This document shows, in pieces, positions 45,646 to 54,081 of a stretch of DNA of 58,510 bases. Each line of letters starts with the position of its first letter. The first letter of the stretch is position 1. The notes under the pieces were generated by a model. It saw only the letters and a program-made list of their open reading frames with translations, was not told the DNA's origin and ran no database searches. The stretch is from an uncultured Verrucomicrobiota bacterium (GTDB taxonomy: Bacteria; Verrucomicrobiota; Kiritimatiellia; RFP12; UBA1067), in contig CAMAHK010000005.1 in assembly GCA_945834475.1 (NCBI GenBank), forward strand, positions 1 through 58,510. Direction: 5' to 3'. Made by a program: the position numbers and the translations under genes.

Positions 45646-46380
45646 CTAGTCATTCAAGAAACTATTTACCTTCTTGTTCCGCCTGGCATTTGGATCTTCC
45701 GCCGTCAGATCTTCGATAGAAAATTTAGTCGGATCCTCATCAATTTCAATCATCATATCCTGAATCGTACCGAGGACATCATTTAGCGAATTAATCTCCG
45801 CAAGTGCCGCATTCATCTTCACCTGCTCGGCCTGCTGAACCAGCTTCATCCGCAAGGATACCAGTTCTCGCTTCTTCGTCTTCAGAACGCTCTTACGGAT
45901 GGACACCTTCTTGGCGATTGCCGTATTGTCCTTGTACTCCTTCTTGGCGAGCTCAACACGCTCCATCGCATCGGCGATTTTGTCATTGAGTTCGTCCTCA
46001 TCAAGGTCATAGCCGTTGACAGACACCGGCCACTGCCCGTTCGCAGCCTTGTACGCAGCTTTGGCTTTCTTGAGAAAGTTTTCGTATCGACTCTGCGTAC
46101 TCGTTGCATCTTCTGCCATCCGCATAGCCTTCTTCTCCATACGAACCAAGGTGATGTTCTGAACTTCGATCTTAGACTTCAACTTGTCGCAATTCGCAAT
46201 CTGATCCTGAAGGAAAAGATACGGATTCGCTTGAATATTCTCGCTCGTCCAGGTTGAATCCTGTCGGATCGCCTCACGGAGTTCAGCATTGCGAACAACA
46301 GACGGTGAGTTCGAGATAAGCACAGTATCAGCCATTACCGCCAACGGAAAAACCGCGACACAAGCAACAAGTTTATTCAC
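45646..46380 (-). CDS. Secreted long coiled-coil protein, possibly PspA/IM30-like
   Basis: GTG start with AAGGAG SD; signal peptide MNKLVACVAVFPLAVMA; heptad-rich K/E/A/L helices with a central WPVSVNG break. Confidence 0.7.
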   Translation of the reverse strand: MNKLVACVAVFPLAVMADTVLISNSPSVVRNAELREAIRQDSTWTSENIQANPYLFLQDQIANCDKLKSKIEVQNITLVRMEKKAMRMAEDATSTQSRYENFLKKAKAAYKAANGQWPVSVNGYDLDEDELNDKIADAMERVELAKKEYKDNTAIAKKVSIRKSVLKTKKRELVSLRMKLVQQAEQVKMNAALAEINSLNDVLGTIQDMMIEIDEDPTKFSIEDLTAEDPNARRNKKVNSFLND

Positions 46381-46397
46381 GACAATCTCCTTCGTAA

Positions 46398-46620
46398 TTT
46401 CTGCCGCGAACAATCGTGCAGAAAGAAACGGCCTCTCTCCGATCTCTTGAGAGGCCCTGAGAAAGCCTGATGTGAAATACGAAGAGAGGCACGCAAGTGT
46501 GTGCGTGTTGCTCTGCATCAGTATCGTCACATCAGAAATTTCTCAGGTTTCTCAAGACGATTGCTTTGCAGCGTTTATGTCTTGTCTCGGCGATTCACTT
46601 GCGTGCCTCGCGTCAACAAG
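46398..46620 (-). ncRNA. Candidate structured 5' leader/attenuator RNA
   Basis: 113-nt imperfect hairpin 46445-46557, overlapping terminator GGCCTCTC/GAGAGGCC + GTTTCTTTCT (46420-46456), 14-nt perfect complement 46596-46609 / 46486-46499. Confidence 0.55.
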
Positions 46621-46666
46621 ACGAATTATACCAAAAACTCCGCCGATTCGGGGCGGAGTTTTTTGG
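46573..46666 (-). repeat. 94-bp terminator-promoter-leader unit, copy 1
   Basis: AAAAACTCCGCC..GGCGGAGTTTTT hairpin + TGGTATAAT + leader ending ACAAGACATAAAC. Confidence 0.85.
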
Positions 46667-46690
46667 AAGTGCGCATACTGCCGGATTGAA

Positions 46691-47089
46691 TCAAACTTCC
46701 TTGAGAATCAAGTCCAACCCATTGATCTTGCGGAAATGCGCATCAAACGTCACCAACGGGGCGTTCTCTGACATCGCTTACGCGGCGATCCAAACATCGT
46801 TGATTGGAATCATTGCGCCAATAGCTTTTAACTCTGTGTAGATTCGCCCGTATGTCTCTGCCGCAGCACTTGTGACATCCAAAGCCCGAACACTCGAAAC
46901 AGAGAGGAACTTCTCAAGCGCAGTCTTATTCTGCTCATACCGAGATCCCTTCCTAAACCCCGCTTCGAGTTCTCCTAACACTACCACAGGAACGAGTACA
47001 GTATCATAAGTCGAGAGGAATTGAGCGATATCCATCCGCCCTCGCAACAGGAACGAATAGACATTTGTGTCAATCACAATACGCTTCAC
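46691..47089 (-). pseudogene. vapC: VapC (PIN domain) toxin with a premature TAA at 46778-46780
   Basis: IVIDTN, VLGELEAG, IPINDVWIAA*AMSENAPLVTFDAHF; the frame continues with PIN-type sequence to TGA at 46691. Confidence 0.85.
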
Positions 47090-47328
47090 TGCCAATCTCC
47101 CGGCACAACCGTACGACGGGTTGCATCTTGAAATTCGGCAAACTGATTCTCATCCCAGATTCCGCAAAACTGCTCGAACGGATTGTCGACCTTATCCGCG
47201 ACATAACCCATCTTCTCGACAAGGAAAGCGACAAAAAGAGCGCCAAGCTCAGCACTCGAACGAGTTCCATTGCGCGTCGCAAACGACACCGCATCCTGCG
47301 GCGCATCAATCGTCAGCGTATAGCTCAT
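47086..47328 (-). CDS. Putative VapB-like antitoxin
   Basis: 80 aa, SD AAGGAG, C-terminal F.G.W......EF motif, GTGA overlap with vapC. Confidence 0.7.
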   Translation of the reverse strand: MSYTLTIDAPQDAVSFATRNGTRSSAELGALFVAFLVEKMGYVADKVDNPFEQFCGIWDENQFAEFQDATRRTVVPGDWQ

Positions 47329-47370
47329 TGCCTTCTCCTTTCCCCTGATCGCGTAAATTGTCACAACTTA

Positions 47371-47463
47371 GTTTATGTCTTGTCTCGGCGATTCACTTGC
47401 GTGCCTCGCATCAACATTGCGAATTATAGCAAAAACTCCGCCGGTTCGGGGCGGAGTTTTTGG
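47371..47463 (-). repeat. 93-bp terminator-promoter-leader unit, copy 2 (also the hemA terminator)
   Basis: Six substitutions and one indel versus copy 1; TGCTATAAT at 47423-47431. Confidence 0.85.
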
Positions 47464-47479
47464 GGTGGAAACATCCATC

Positions 47480-48400
47480 TTAGGCGCGTGACAAAGCCTT
47501 AAGCCATGCCTCCGTTTTCGCCACCGATTCTTCCACGATCCGCAGGCCCTTCGCGAGAAGCGCCGCGCGTTCGGTGTGGTCGCCTTGGGCGAGTTCGCCG
47601 ATTGTCTCGAGACTGATGAGCATCGCCTGCGGATCGTCTGCGACACGCGGGTCCACATCGCGCGGCGAGGCGAGGTCGAGAAAGAGCGTCGGCTTCGTGA
47701 GCGCGAGGCGGTCCGCCGCGACAACCGTATGCGGCGAGGCCGTCGCCGACACAACGATATCGCTTTGGGCGATTTCCATGTACCGCGAGTCGTAAGGGAC
47801 AAGCCGTGCCCCGAGTCGCTGGGCGAGATCTGCCGCGCGTTCGGGACTCCGATTGCAGATCGCGAGCGCCGCCGCGCCGCGTTCGGCCGCAAGTTCGGCG
47901 GCGAGCGATCCAGTCCGTCCGCTGCCGATCACGAAGACGCGCTTCCCGCGGCAGCCGAGCCGACGCTCGACTTCGTCCATTCCCGCACGGCAGACCGACG
48001 GCGGAACGGCCCCGAGGTCGAGCTCGGTCTTCACGCGCTTCGCACAGGTGATCGCGTCCCGCAAGATGCGATCAAGTTCCTTGCCGACGTGTCCCTCGGT
48101 GCGCGCCGCAGCATAGGCGTCCTTGATCTGTCCGAGGATCTGATACTCACCCAGCACCATCGACTCCAGCCCCGCCGCGATTCGAAACAAATACGCCAAC
48201 GCCTCCCACGCCCCCCTTGTCTCCCGGGCGTCGCAAGTCGGAAGTCTCAAGTCCTCCCGACGATAGAAGAAGACTTCTTTGCGATTACACGTCGAGAGTA
48301 CCATATACTGCTCGAAATCGAGCGGACCCAGATCGACCTCCGCCTCGTGAAACGCAGCGCCCAGCGTCTTCCAACTTTCGCCTCGGTAGCCAAAGCCCAT
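47480..48400 (-). CDS. hemA: Glutamyl-tRNA reductase (short form)
   Basis: LSTCNRKE, AAGLESMVLGEYQILGQIK, VIGSGRTG, ICNRS, SATASPH, DLASPRDVD. Confidence 0.9.
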   Translation of the reverse strand: MGFGYRGESWKTLGAAFHEAEVDLGPLDFEQYMVLSTCNRKEVFFYRREDLRLPTCDARETRGAWEALAYLFRIAAGLESMVLGEYQILGQIKDAYAAARTEGHVGKELDRILRDAITCAKRVKTELDLGAVPPSVCRAGMDEVERRLGCRGKRVFVIGSGRTGSLAAELAAERGAAALAICNRSPERAADLAQRLGARLVPYDSRYMEIAQSDIVVSATASPHTVVAADRLALTKPTLFLDLASPRDVDPRVADDPQAMLISLETIGELAQGDHTERAALLAKGLRIVEESVAKTEAWLKALSRA

Positions 48401-49642
48401 TTACGCGCACTCCTTCGCGAAGAACTCGCGCACGACCGCAACCGTCCGCTCGAGCTCGTCCTGCGTGTGGGCGTCGGAAACGAAAAGCGCCTCGTAAGGG
48501 GACGGCGCCATGTAGATGCCGCGGTCGAGCAAGAATCGGTAGAACGCGGCAAAGCGCGCGTCGTTGCCGTGCCAGTCGATGCCGAGGAGCGAGCCGACCT
48601 GCGTGACCGTGATGAGATCGCCGCCCGCCCGCGCGAGGCCATCGGCGAGAAACGCGCCCTTCGCTGCGAGACGCGTATAGATCGCAGGATCAGCCGCCAA
48701 AAGTTTGAGCGTCGTCACGCCGGCCGCCGTCGCGAGCGGATTGCCCGAGAGCGTGCCCGCCTGATAGACGGGACCGTCCGGCGAAACTTCGTCCATCACG
48801 TCCGCGCGTCCTCCGTACACCGCCGCCGGGAGTCCCCCGCCAACGATCTTGCCGAGCGTCGTCAGGTCGGGCGTCACGCCGTAATAGGCCTGTGCGCCGC
48901 CCGCCGCGAGACGGAAACCCGTGATGACCTCGTCGAAGATGAGTAGCACCCCGTAGCGCGTTGTGAGCACACGGAGTCCCTCGAGGAAGCCGGGCGCGGG
49001 CAGGATGACGCCGTTGTTCGCGGCGACCGGCTCGACGATGACCGCGGCGACGCTCCCCGTGTGCGCGGCGAAGAGCGCCTCGACGGAGGCGAGGTCGTTG
49101 TATTCCGCGACGAGCGTATGCTTCGCGACATCGGCCGGCACGCCCGCCGAATCGGGCTCGCCCTGCGTTAGTGCGCCCGAACCAGCCTTGACGAGCATGC
49201 CGTCGGAGTGTCCGTGATAGCAGCTCGCGAACTTGATGATGTCATCGCGGCCCGTGAAGCCCCGCGCGACGCGGATCGCGCTCATCACGGCCTCCGTGCC
49301 CGAGGAGACCATCCGCAGTTTTTCCAACGACGGCATCAACGTGCGCACGCACTCGGCGAGTTCCGTCTCGCGGGCGGTCGGTGCGCCGTAGGTGAGACCC
49401 TTCAAGCACGCCTCCTGCACCGCCGCGACGACGGCTGGGTGCGCATGGCCAAGGATCGCGGGCCCCCACGAGCCGACATAGTCAATGTAGTCATTGCCCT
49501 CGACGTCCAAAAGATGGCTTCCCTTCGCCGCCGCCACGAACCGCGGTGCGACGCCCACGCGCAAACACGCCCGCACGGGCGAGTTCACCCCGCCCGGCAT
49601 CCGCCGCTTCGCTGCCGCGAAGAGTGCTTCATTCGTCGTCAT
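48401..49642 (-). CDS. hemL: Glutamate-1-semialdehyde 2,1-aminomutase
   Basis: PGGVNSPVRA, SSGTEAVMSAIR, YHGHSD, FDEVITGFR, TLGKIVGGGLP, YQAGTLSGNP. Confidence 0.96.
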   Translation of the reverse strand: MTTNEALFAAAKRRMPGGVNSPVRACLRVGVAPRFVAAAKGSHLLDVEGNDYIDYVGSWGPAILGHAHPAVVAAVQEACLKGLTYGAPTARETELAECVRTLMPSLEKLRMVSSGTEAVMSAIRVARGFTGRDDIIKFASCYHGHSDGMLVKAGSGALTQGEPDSAGVPADVAKHTLVAEYNDLASVEALFAAHTGSVAAVIVEPVAANNGVILPAPGFLEGLRVLTTRYGVLLIFDEVITGFRLAAGGAQAYYGVTPDLTTLGKIVGGGLPAAVYGGRADVMDEVSPDGPVYQAGTLSGNPLATAAGVTTLKLLAADPAIYTRLAAKGAFLADGLARAGGDLITVTQVGSLLGIDWHGNDARFAAFYRFLLDRGIYMAPSPYEALFVSDAHTQDELERTVAVVREFFAKECA

Positions 49643-50637
49643 CAAACCTCCTTGATCCAACGCGCGGCGTCGAGGGCGTGGTAGGTGATGATGAGCTGAG
49701 CCCCGGCCCGTTTGAGTCCGCGCAGATTCTCGAGGACGATCCGCCGCTCGTCGAGCCAGCCGTTCGCCGCGGCAGCCTTGACCATCGCATATTCGCCACT
49801 CACGTTGTACGCGACAAGCGGCACGTCGAACCGCTCGGACGCGGTCTTGAGAACATCCATGTACGCGAGCGCGGGCTTGATGATGACGAGATCGGCGCCC
49901 TCCGCGAGATCAGCCGCGATCTCACGCAGTGCCTCACGTCCGTTCGTGCCGTCCATCTGATAGGTCTGACGATCGCCGAACCCGGGTGCGCTCGCCGCAG
50001 CGTCACGGAACGGGCCATAATAGCCGGAGGCCGCCTTCGCGCTGTAGGACATGATCGGCGTCTCGACGAGTTTCGCCGCGTCCAGCGCCGCGCGAATCGC
50101 CGCGACCCGTCCGTCCATCATGTCGCTCGGCGCGACGATGTCCGCCCCCGCGGCGGCATACGCGACGGCCGCCTTCGCGAGTTGCGGCAGCGTCTCGTCG
50201 TTGAGGACACGGCCCTCGTGGACGAGTCCGCAATGACCGTGATCGGTGTATTCGCAGAGGCACACGTCCGCAATCACGACAAGTTCCGGCGCGCGCAACT
50301 TGATCGTGCGAATCGCACGGCAGACGACACCGTTCGGATCGGACGCACCTGAACCGACGGCGTCTTTCTTCGCAGGAATGCCAAAGAGGAGAACGCACTT
50401 GATCCCGCGTGCGACGATCTCGTCCACGAGCGGCTCGAGCCGATCGACCGAATAGCGGTTCACACCCGGCATTGACGGGACAGCCTCGACGACATCGTCC
50501 CCGTCGACCACAAAGATCGGATAGATCAACTCCGCAACCCGCACTTCATGCTCGCGTAGCATGTCCCTCAGAGCAGGCGACTTCCGCAACCGACGTCCCC
50601 GAAACATTGTGGAGCGGATTTCGTTAAACTTATCCAT
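49642..50637 (-). CDS. hemB: Porphobilinogen synthase (Zn-type)
   Basis: RRLR, DVCLCEYTDHGHCG, APSDMMDGR, YYGPFRDA, IKPALAYMD, AYNVSGEYAM; alternative start at 50607. Confidence 0.95.
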   Translation of the reverse strand: MDKFNEIRSTMFRGRRLRKSPALRDMLREHEVRVAELIYPIFVVDGDDVVEAVPSMPGVNRYSVDRLEPLVDEIVARGIKCVLLFGIPAKKDAVGSGASDPNGVVCRAIRTIKLRAPELVVIADVCLCEYTDHGHCGLVHEGRVLNDETLPQLAKAAVAYAAAGADIVAPSDMMDGRVAAIRAALDAAKLVETPIMSYSAKAASGYYGPFRDAAASAPGFGDRQTYQMDGTNGREALREIAADLAEGADLVIIKPALAYMDVLKTASERFDVPLVAYNVSGEYAMVKAAAANGWLDERRIVLENLRGLKRAGAQLIITYHALDAARWIKEV

Positions 50638-50669
50638 CTTTGTCTGCCTGTAAAATTCCGTTTCCCGTG

Positions 50670-53600
50670 TTAGAGGCCGATGACCTGGCCGTCCGTCACA
50701 AGACGGGCTTGAAGGGTCTCGTACGGGAGATCCTGCACGGCGCACCCGGCATCAATCGACAGCGCGGCGGCCGCACCGGCGGACTGTCCGAGCGCGAAGA
50801 AGACCGGCTCCATGCGGATCGACCCGAAAGCCATGTGCGAAGCCGACAGGCAGACCGGCACAAAAAGGTTCGTGCACTCCGTCTTCTTCGGAACGATCGC
50901 ACCGTAGTCGATGCCATAGGGCGGGAAACGGTTGCCGTCGAGACCCTTGTAATCCTCGATATTGCCCTCATTGTGCGCAAAGCCGTCCGCCCCGACATGG
51001 CGGCGCACATTGTGGGAGTCCATGCCGTACGCGCCCATCGCGACGGGACGCGTCACGCGTTGCGCCCCGCGGCAGTGGTGCTCGGTCATGACGGTGTCGC
51101 CGACCAGACGCCGCGCCTCGCGCACGTAAAGCTGGCTCTGCCAGCCGTTGCCAAGACCGTCCGCAAACTCATCACGGCACGTACCCCACTTCGCGACCTC
51201 CATACGGATCGGCTCCGGGACGCGCGGATCGTTCGCGAGCGTCCACATCAAACCCATCTGCCAGTCGAGGTGCGCCTTGAGGATCACCTTACGCTCGGCA
51301 TAGCTCGCCTCCGGCCACGCCCAGTTGCCGCCGATGAAGTCCGTCGAGACGCCCGTGCGGTTGTTCGTGTCGGTCTTGCGGTTCGGCATGCGCGAGTTGA
51401 TCCACGGCATGTAGGCCCAGTAGTCCTTGGCATGCGCGGCGAAACGCTCTTGAGGAATCGCCTCGAGATTGCGCAGGAGAAGTTCGTAATTGAGCGGATC
51501 GTATCCCGCGGGCTTCACGAACGGGATGCGGTTCGACGGATCGTCGGTGAGACACATCCGGAAGCAGTAGGCCTGCACACGCGTGTCGCCGTCGCCATCC
51601 TTCTCGCTCGGATCATACGGTTCGATCCCGGGGAGGAGTCCCGACGACGGATCGCCCTTGACGACATACGGGTCGATGCCCTTCTCGAGCTGGTGATTCG
51701 TCGCGAGCTTCGTCTCGATGCCGCTAATCGTCTCGCCATAGACCGCATTCGCCTCGCGTCCGACCGTGTAGCTCACGCCTGCCGCGGCCATGAGATCACC
51801 TTCGTAGGTCGCGTCAACAAACATCTTTCCCTTGTAAACCCGACCACTCTCCGCAACAAAAGAAACAATCCGCCGCTGTCCACCTCGACCTTCAACCTCA
51901 ACCTTCTTTCCCCGATCCAGCCATTCGCCGCGACGAATCTCGAGCGCATGCTTCTTCTCCCAGCCCTCGAGAATCTTGAGCGCGACGGACGGCTCGAACG
52001 TCCACATCGAATCGGTGCCCTTCGTGCCGGCGCACTGGCCGTCGGGCAGGTAGTCGGTGCGCTTCTCGTACGTCCAGTTCGCGTCGTCCTTGTAGTACGC
52101 GGCGACGTCCTTGTAGAACTGGAGCGCGAGTCCACCGAACGCCGTCTTGTTGCCGATGTCGGTCTGGCCGAGACCGCCCGTGGTAAGTCCGCCAATCCGC
52201 GTCTCCGGCGAGACGATCACCGCTGTCTTGCCGAGGGCCTGCGCCTCGATCGCGGCGGTGAGCGCCGCCGGCGACGAGCCGTAGATAACGACATCGCGCT
52301 CGACGACCTGATCCGACGAGCACCCCGACGCCAGACACGCGCCAACGCTCACGACGATCACGAGGGCTTTCGCCTGACGGATGGCAAAGACGACGAGGAC
52401 GACGGCGAGCGTCAGCAGAAAGCCCGTCGCGCCGCCCTTCACCCAGTCGATCGTCTCAGCCGCAAAGCTCTTGTAGAGGAGCGTCCCGAGCGCAATGGAC
52501 GAGACGATCATCATCAGCACCATCGGCACCCCCGTCAACCACGCCGGCTTGCGGTTCTTCATGAACCAGAGCGTCGCCGCGAGAAGCGTCAGCGCCGCGA
52601 GGAGCTGGTTCGCGGAGGCAAAGATCGTCCAGAGCTGCTTCGATGTCTGCGACGCGCCGAGCAAAAGCCCCGCCGCGAGAAGCACGACGATCAGTGTCCC
52701 CACATACATGTTGGACGCCACCTTGCGATTCCCAACAAGTTCTTGCCAAGAGAAGCGGGCGAGGCGGGTGCCGGCGTCGACGGTCGTCATCAGGAAGGCC
52801 GAGACGGAAAGAAGGATGAACGACTTCGCGATCAGGGTGCCCGTCGACTCGGGAATGCCGATGGACGCGAAGAACTTGACGCAGAAGCCCGCGATCGAGC
52901 CCGCGAAGAGCGTCACCGCTTCGTTGGACTGAATGGCCGTCACGTAGTCGGCCTGGCTCGCGTACGCCCCCGCGACGCCGATAAGCGCGATGATTGCGAG
53001 AACACCCTCGAGCAGCATGCCGCCGTAGGCGATCGGACGCACGCCCTTCTCGCTGTCAAGCTGCTTCGCCGAGGTGCCCGAGGCGACAAGCGCATGGAAG
53101 CCCGAGCACGCGCCGCAGGCGACGGTCACGAAGAGGAACGGGAAGAGATAGTCCGTGACACCCGCCTTGCCGACGGCCGCGAAGCCCGCGAACGCATCGA
53201 TGTTCAAGGTCGGATGCGCGACGAAGACGCCGATGAAGCCGAGCGCCATCATCGCGTAGAGAAGATAGGCGTTCAGGTAGTCGCGCGGCTGGAGGAGAAT
53301 CCAGACGGGACACGTCGAGGCGAAGAAGCAGTAGATGAGGAGCACGACAATCCAGACCATCCGCGTCGTTTCGGGCGCAAAACCGAAGAGCGCACAGAGA
53401 TCCAGCGGATAGAGGTTGCCGATCCAGACGAAGCCGAACATGAGCGGCACGAAGATGAGCGACATCCAGAGGACCGAGAGCTTGAACTTGTTGACGCAAA
53501 GGCCGAAGACAACCGCCTCGGCGATGAAGAGGAGCGATGCCGTCGCGATTGCCGGATCGGCGACGAACGTCCCGGCAATCGTGCGCGTGAATTCGGCGAG

Positions 53601-54026
53601 CACGAGGATGAGCGCCGACCAGCTGAAGAGGAGAAAGAGGATCTTGCCGGGCTTGCCGAGGATCGTGCCGATCACGGTGCCGATCGATTCGCCGCCGTGG
53701 CGGATCGAAAGAAAGAGCGCAATCATGTCGTGCGCTGCGCCGATGAAGATGCAGCCGAGGATGATCCAGAGCGCGACGGACGCCCAGCCGAATTCCGCGG
53801 CAAGGACAGGCCCCACAATCGGACCCGCGCCCGCGATGGCCGCGAAGTGGTGACCGAAGAGAACCGTCGGATGCGCGGGAATGAAGTCGATGCCGTCCTT
53901 CTTCGTGTGCGCGGGCGTCGGACGGGACGGGTCGATGCCGAGAATCCGCTCGATCTTTCGTGCGTAAAGAAAATAGCCGCCCAGGAAACAGGCAACGGCG
54001 ATGAGAAGTAACAGCGCTCCGTTCAT
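50670..54026 (-). CDS. cstA: Carbon starvation protein A (CstA) transporter fused to an FAD-dependent oxidoreductase
   Basis: TPAH..DG.DF.P, FGHHFAAIAGAGPIVGP, LLQPRDYLN, ACGACSGFHAL, F..ANQLLA; then DVVIYG, DATYEGDLMAAAG, LYVREARRL, GSIRMEPVF. Confidence 0.85.
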   Translation of the reverse strand: MNGALLLLIAVACFLGGYFLYARKIERILGIDPSRPTPAHTKKDGIDFIPAHPTVLFGHHFAAIAGAGPIVGPVLAAEFGWASVALWIILGCIFIGAAHDMIALFLSIRHGGESIGTVIGTILGKPGKILFLLFSWSALILVLAEFTRTIAGTFVADPAIATASLLFIAEAVVFGLCVNKFKLSVLWMSLIFVPLMFGFVWIGNLYPLDLCALFGFAPETTRMVWIVVLLIYCFFASTCPVWILLQPRDYLNAYLLYAMMALGFIGVFVAHPTLNIDAFAGFAAVGKAGVTDYLFPFLFVTVACGACSGFHALVASGTSAKQLDSEKGVRPIAYGGMLLEGVLAIIALIGVAGAYASQADYVTAIQSNEAVTLFAGSIAGFCVKFFASIGIPESTGTLIAKSFILLSVSAFLMTTVDAGTRLARFSWQELVGNRKVASNMYVGTLIVVLLAAGLLLGASQTSKQLWTIFASANQLLAALTLLAATLWFMKNRKPAWLTGVPMVLMMIVSSIALGTLLYKSFAAETIDWVKGGATGFLLTLAVVLVVFAIRQAKALVIVVSVGACLASGCSSDQVVERDVVIYGSSPAALTAAIEAQALGKTAVIVSPETRIGGLTTGGLGQTDIGNKTAFGGLALQFYKDVAAYYKDDANWTYEKRTDYLPDGQCAGTKGTDSMWTFEPSVALKILEGWEKKHALEIRRGEWLDRGKKVEVEGRGGQRRIVSFVAESGRVYKGKMFVDATYEGDLMAAAGVSYTVGREANAVYGETISGIETKLATNHQLEKGIDPYVVKGDPSSGLLPGIEPYDPSEKDGDGDTRVQAYCFRMCLTDDPSNRIPFVKPAGYDPLNYELLLRNLEAIPQERFAAHAKDYWAYMPWINSRMPNRKTDTNNRTGVSTDFIGGNWAWPEASYAERKVILKAHLDWQMGLMWTLANDPRVPEPIRMEVAKWGTCRDEFADGLGNGWQSQLYVREARRLVGDTVMTEHHCRGAQRVTRPVAMGAYGMDSHNVRRHVGADGFAHNEGNIEDYKGLDGNRFPPYGIDYGAIVPKKTECTNLFVPVCLSASHMAFGSIRMEPVFFALGQSAGAAAALSIDAGCAVQDLPYETLQARLVTDGQVIGL
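51876..51904 (+). repeat. CCACCT/CAACCT-type repeat in frame within the FAD domain
   Basis: CTGTCCACCTCGACCTTCAACCTCAACCT, encoding VEVEGRGGQ on minus. Confidence 0.65.
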
Positions 54027-54081
54027 CTTTCAGGTCCTCGTTGATAGAATCAAATATCTGGAAATCATCGGTCGCCTCCCC

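Larger units (their letters stand above)
41515..47526. mobile_element. About 6 kb genomic island inserted at the hemA 3' end (no integrase inside)
   Basis: Bounded by 26-bp imperfect direct repeats (41515-41540, 47499-47524; 22/26 identical); more AT-rich; TA modules; separates hemA from hemC. Confidence 0.7.

Noticed and set aside
46445-46557. Integron attC site
   Set aside because: No RYYYAAC/GTTRRRY ends, single copy, upstream rather than downstream of a gene, and no intI.
46778-46780. Stop-codon reassignment or readthrough
   Set aside because: TAA terminates many normal genes here; a single nonsense mutation is simpler.
42976-47463. Complete DGR or retron
   Set aside because: No reverse transcriptase ORF and no adenine-variant template repeat in the window.
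50640-54011. 1123-aa plus-strand ORF and other long antisense ORFs (1198-2820, 17225-18913, 56560-58392)
   Set aside because: Arg-rich shadow frames of high-GC genes on the opposite strand, with no motifs.
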